From NCBI GenBank assembly GCA_026985555.1, contig JALSQF010000003.1:1-60604 (forward strand): a DNA stretch of 60,604 nt, in the 5' to 3' direction. The stretch's first letter is position 1; every line of letters starts with the position of its first letter. This document shows positions 56,899 to 60,604 of the stretch, one piece after another. Origin of the DNA: Candidatus Moraniibacteriota bacterium (GTDB lineage: Bacteria > Patescibacteriota > Minisyncoccia > Moranbacterales > UBA9337). Position numbers and translations under genes: made by a program. Below the pieces are notes generated by a model that was not told the DNA's origin, searched no databases, and worked only from the letters and a program-made list of their open reading frames with translations.

Positions 56899-58290
56899 AT
56901 GAAGCAAATAATACAAAAATTAGTTCAAAAAAAGATAATAGTAACAATAATTATTTTAAGTTTAGTAATTTTAGCAGGAATTTATTTTTTAGCGGAACAA
57001 GATAAAAAAACTTTAGCTATCAAATCATTCTCTATAATGGAGAAGACTATGCAGTTTCTTCCTATTAACAAAGATACGAAAAAGGAATTGCAAACTTTAG
57101 ATAAGCTTTCACAGGAATTAACAAAAAAAGATAATCAAACAAGACGTTATTTGATTTTATTGCAAAATAATATGGAATTGCGTCCCGGAGGAGGTTTTTT
57201 AGGTCAATATGCAGTTTTAAAAATAAAAAATGGAGAAATAGAAAGTATGTATATAGAAGATGCTAATATTTTAGATCAAAGAATTAAAGCTAAAATTAAA
57301 CCACCCTATCCTTTTAAAAGGATGATGCAAATTAAAAAGTGGAAGTTTCGTGATTCTAATTTTTCTCCTGATTTTTTAGAAAATGTAAAAAAAGCTAAAT
57401 ACTTTTATCGTTTAGCGGGAGGTAATGATAATTTTGATGGAGTAATTGCTATTAACTCTAATGTATTGAATCATCTTTTAGAATTAAGCGGTCCTATTTA
57501 TTTAAAATACTATGGAGAATTTAACAGTAAAAATGCTACTTTAAAATTAGAAGAAGCTGTGGAGAAAAAATATCTTTATAATGAGAATTTAGATACACGC
57601 TATAGAAAAGCGGTAATGAAAAAATTAGCAGCAGAAATAAAAAATAGATTGTTTCACATTAATAAAATTTCACAACTTTCTCAATTGGGACTTAGAGAAC
57701 TGAGAGAAAAAAATATAATGCTTGCTTTTCAAAATCAGGAATTACAAGAGGCGATAAAAAGTGTGCATTGGGATGGAACCGTGGCGCAAGATTGGAGTGG
57801 TGATTATTTAATGGTAGTAGATGCTAATATGGGAGCGCTTAAATCAGATTATTATATTAAACGTTCTTTAGATTATTATGTTGACTTAACTGGAGAGAAG
57901 CCAGTGGCTTTTCTAAAAATTTTATATAAACATACAGCGACACATGGAGACTGGAGAACTAGTGATTATCATTCTTATTTACGTGTTTATACTCCTCAAG
58001 GAAGTAAATTATTAGAAAGAAAAATGGTAAGTTACCCACTTATAGCCGATGAATTTAATAAAACTTATTTTGGTTTTATTTTACATACCTTAATTAATCG
58101 TCAAACATTAGCAGAAATAAAATATGAATTACCTGAAAAAGTAAGACAGGGAAACTATCGTTTGCTTATCCAAAAACAATCTGGTGTGGGGGATATTCCA
58201 ATAAAGATTACTATTAAAACTAAAGACGGGGAAAAAGTTAGAGAAGAAGTTTTAAAAAATGATTTAGTTTTAGAAATGAAAATGCAATAA
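56899..58290 (+). CDS. DUF4012-domain membrane-anchored protein
   Basis: YLILLQNNMELRPGGGFLG, FRDSNFSPDF, DGVIAIN, DYLMVVDANMGALKSD, YLRVYTPQGS. Confidence 0.88.
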   Translation: MKQIIQKLVQKKIIVTIIILSLVILAGIYFLAEQDKKTLAIKSFSIMEKTMQFLPINKDTKKELQTLDKLSQELTKKDNQTRRYLILLQNNMELRPGGGFLGQYAVLKIKNGEIESMYIEDANILDQRIKAKIKPPYPFKRMMQIKKWKFRDSNFSPDFLENVKKAKYFYRLAGGNDNFDGVIAINSNVLNHLLELSGPIYLKYYGEFNSKNATLKLEEAVEKKYLYNENLDTRYRKAVMKKLAAEIKNRLFHINKISQLSQLGLRELREKNIMLAFQNQELQEAIKSVHWDGTVAQDWSGDYLMVVDANMGALKSDYYIKRSLDYYVDLTGEKPVAFLKILYKHTATHGDWRTSDYHSYLRVYTPQGSKLLERKMVSYPLIADEFNKTYFGFILHTLINRQTLAEIKYELPEKVRQGNYRLLIQKQSGVGDIPIKITIKTKDGEKVREEVLKNDLVLEMKMQ

Positions 58291-58296
58291 TTTTTT

Positions 58297-59502
58297 ATGC
58301 ATATTTTAAAAATTAGACTAGCTAAAATTAAAACTACCTTAAAACAAAGCGGTTTTAAAAATGGCTTTAAAAAACTTTGGCAGGATGGAAAACTTTTTTT
58401 AAAAGGTTGGCTAGCTTATAAAAAAAATGGCCAAGTTTTATTAATTAGCGGAGGAGTAGGAGATAGCGCACGTTATCGCACCTTTAATGTAGCAGAAGAT
58501 TTAAACTTGAAAAATATTTCGGCTTTAGCAGTTAATCAAAGTAATCTTTTTTTAAAATTTTTAATAAAAAATTTTTCTGTTATTGTTTTTCATCATAGAG
58601 TTATTAAAAATAAAAAATTAAAATGGCTTATTCAATTAGCTAAACAAGAAAGAAAAAAAATAATTTTTGATTTAGATGATTTAGTTTTGTCACAGGAACA
58701 ATGGAAAAAAACAGAATATTATCAGCAAGCTAGCTTAGCCGAAAGAAAGCAATATCAAGCGGGAATAGGGGAATATTTTTTTCAAGAAATTCTACCTGAT
58801 TATGTAACCGTTTCTACTACTTATTTAAAAAATATTATTCAGCAATTTTATAATAAACCAGTTCAAACAATTTTTAACAAAATTAATTTAGAGGAAATTA
58901 AGTGGGCTAAAAACATAAGAGAGGAGAAAAATATAAAGAGAAAAAAACAATTTCAAGAGGAAATAAAAATAGGTTATTTTAGTGGAACTTTAAGTCATAA
59001 TCAAGATTTTGCGACAATTATTCCTGTACTTACAAAAGTATTAAAGGATTATTCCTTTGTAAAATTATTTTTAGTTGGTCCTTTAGATGTAAAAAATGAA
59101 TTTATTCAAAATTTCTCTTCTCAAATTTATCAATTTTCTTTTGTTCCAAGGAAAGAGCATTTTCAAAATTTAAGTCAAATAGATATTAATCTTATTCCTT
59201 TACGTTTAGGGGATGCTTTTTGTGAGGCTAAATCAGCTATAAAGTTTATGGAAGCTGGTTTAGTGGAAGTTCCTTCCATAGCCACAGCCACTCAAACTTT
59301 TCAGGAGGTAATTCAAAATAATCAGAATGGATTCTTGGCTTATAGTTTAGATGATTGGGAAAAATATTTAAGACAATTAATTAAGAGTAATCAACTGAGA
59401 AATGAAATAGGAAAGAACGCTTTAAAAACAGTTTTAACTAAACATATCGTAGGAAAAAAATCTTATTATGAAGATGATGTTTCATTTTATTTAGGTAAAT
59501 AA
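58297..59502 (+). CDS. GT4-like glycosyltransferase
   Basis: SARYR, IFDLDDLV, IGYFSGTLSHNQDF, DINLIPL....FCEAKSAIKFMEAGLV. Confidence 0.88.
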   Translation: MHILKIRLAKIKTTLKQSGFKNGFKKLWQDGKLFLKGWLAYKKNGQVLLISGGVGDSARYRTFNVAEDLNLKNISALAVNQSNLFLKFLIKNFSVIVFHHRVIKNKKLKWLIQLAKQERKKIIFDLDDLVLSQEQWKKTEYYQQASLAERKQYQAGIGEYFFQEILPDYVTVSTTYLKNIIQQFYNKPVQTIFNKINLEEIKWAKNIREEKNIKRKKQFQEEIKIGYFSGTLSHNQDFATIIPVLTKVLKDYSFVKLFLVGPLDVKNEFIQNFSSQIYQFSFVPRKEHFQNLSQIDINLIPLRLGDAFCEAKSAIKFMEAGLVEVPSIATATQTFQEVIQNNQNGFLAYSLDDWEKYLRQLIKSNQLRNEIGKNALKTVLTKHIVGKKSYYEDDVSFYLGK

Positions 59503-59521
59503 TTATTAAAAATTAAAAAAT

Positions 59522-60451
59522 ATGTTAAAAAATAAAATTACTATTATTGGTGCTGGAATGGTTGGTTCTACTATTGCTTATAGTTTGTTATTAAAAGAAA
59601 CAGTGGAAGAAATTGCCATGATTGATATTAATAAAAAATTATTAGAAGCTCAAATTATGGATTTGCAACACTCTGTTTCTTTTGCAGGTCAAACTCAAGT
59701 GCATCAAGGAAGCTATGATGACTGTCAAGATAGCAGGTTAGCTATAATTGCCTGTGGAATAGCGCAAAAACCAGGACAAACTCGTTTAGATTTATTAAAA
59801 ACTAATGCTAAAATAATTCAAGAAGTAGCTAAGAAAATTTTTCAGAAAAATGATGATATTGTAATTATTGTTGTAAGTAATCCAGTGGATATTCTAACAC
59901 GTTTAATAATTGAAGATTTTCCTGATAAAAAAAATCAAGTTTTTGGTTCAGGAACAATTTTAGATTCAGCTAGGTTTAGATTTTTATTGGGTCAAAAATT
60001 AAATATTAACCCTAAAAGTATTCATGCTTATATATTAGGAGAACATGGTGATAGTGAGTTTCCTGTTTGGGATACAGCTTCTATTGGTAATTTGGAATTA
60101 GAAAATTGTCAATATCTTTCTTCTGAAGAAAAAAATAATCTTTTTCAAAAAACTAAAAAAGCAGCTTATAAAATTATTGAAGGAAAAAAATCAACTTATT
60201 ATGCTATCGGAGCAGGAGTGGCTCATTTGTCAAAAGTAGTTTTATTTGATCGCAAAACTGTTTTACCAGTTTCTCATTTAATGATGGGAGAATATGGGAT
60301 AAAAAATGTTTCTTTAAGTATTCCGACTGTAATTGGAAAAAGGGGTATAGTAAAAAGAATTTGTTTAAAATTGTCTCAGGAAGAATTAAATAATCTAAAA
60401 AGATCAGCTGATATTTTAGAAAAAGCTTATCAAGAATTAAAAAATCAATAA
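59522..60451 (+). CDS. ldh: L-lactate dehydrogenase
   Basis: IIGAGMVG, QKPGQTRLDL (Gln specificity residue of LDH), SNPVDIL, GSGTILDSARFR, GEHGDSE. Confidence 0.92.
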   Translation: MLKNKITIIGAGMVGSTIAYSLLLKETVEEIAMIDINKKLLEAQIMDLQHSVSFAGQTQVHQGSYDDCQDSRLAIIACGIAQKPGQTRLDLLKTNAKIIQEVAKKIFQKNDDIVIIVVSNPVDILTRLIIEDFPDKKNQVFGSGTILDSARFRFLLGQKLNINPKSIHAYILGEHGDSEFPVWDTASIGNLELENCQYLSSEEKNNLFQKTKKAAYKIIEGKKSTYYAIGAGVAHLSKVVLFDRKTVLPVSHLMMGEYGIKNVSLSIPTVIGKRGIVKRICLKLSQEELNNLKRSADILEKAYQELKNQ

Positions 60452-60463
60452 CAAATCATTTTT

Positions 60464-60604
60464 TTATATTTTTTTAAGAGGAGCATATTTTAAAGAAAGT
60501 TTTTTGATACCTTGTTGGGAAAAAGCAATATTAGCTATGTCGTTTTGAGTAGCTACTATTAAACCTTTGCCAAACTGGGGGTGAAGAACATAATCACCAT
60601 CTTT
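60464..60604 (-). CDS. pcrA: C-terminal Tudor-like domain of a PcrA/UvrD helicase (partial; gene runs off the window)
   Basis: Manual translation KDGDYVLHPQFGKGLIVATQNDIANIAFSQQGIKKTFLKYAPLKKI* matches the PcrA C-terminal pattern GD.V.H..FG.G...F...G.K.L...APL.K. Confidence 0.75.
   Translation of the reverse strand, partial: KDGDYVLHPQFGKGLIVATQNDIANIAFSQQGIKKLSLKYAPLKKI

Noticed and set aside
1-60604. CRISPR array or cas genes
   Set aside because: No repeat-spacer array with constant repeats was seen. The leuS heptamer elements are coding, degenerate and lack spacers.
1-60604. Alternative genetic code (UGA=Gly, code 25, as in Gracilibacteria/Absconditabacteria)
   Set aside because: Conserved genes are full length under code 11, and several end properly at TGA (yvcK 5390, MTase 8629, receiver 24904, cysS 43761).

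Overview
Very AT-rich bacterial chromosomal window read in genetic code 11. Gene content points to a Patescibacteria/CPR organism, Parcubacteria and probably Moranbacteria-like (inference): DUF4012, PilX-like pilin, CAP and C39 surface proteins, short Rel, archaeal-type UMP kinase, L-lactate dehydrogenase, rubrerythrin and few Shine-Dalgarno sites. Most of the window is housekeeping (leuS, glyA, pyrH, frr, prfA, prmC, rel, cysS, clpB, greA, lysS, 3' end of pcrA) and cell-surface or glycan genes. Highlights: (1) a full-length Elp3 head-to-head, 37 bp apart, with a Trm9-like methyltransferase, suggesting a eukaryote/archaea-type cm5U to mcm5U wobble pathway in a bacterium; (2) an integrase-less island after tRNA-Pro(GGG) encoding XRE HTH, an EcoRI-family adenine MTase, a PD-(D/E)XK-like nuclease and a DUF262-HNH protein, with a tandem operator; (3) a LeuRS with an inserted Nudix domain and three in-frame copies of a 4 x heptamer repeat element spaced 10/11/10 nt; (4) a 2486-aa protein with 24 Kelch repeats co-located with a MacB/LolCDE-type ABC system; (5) a P3A H+-ATPase, a pseudo-receiver with a zinc ribbon, an RmlD with a CX3CX2CX2H insert, and a perfect CIRCE at clpB. 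No CRISPR array, rRNA, transposase or integrase was found. All family assignments come from motif recognition by eye, with no database searches.
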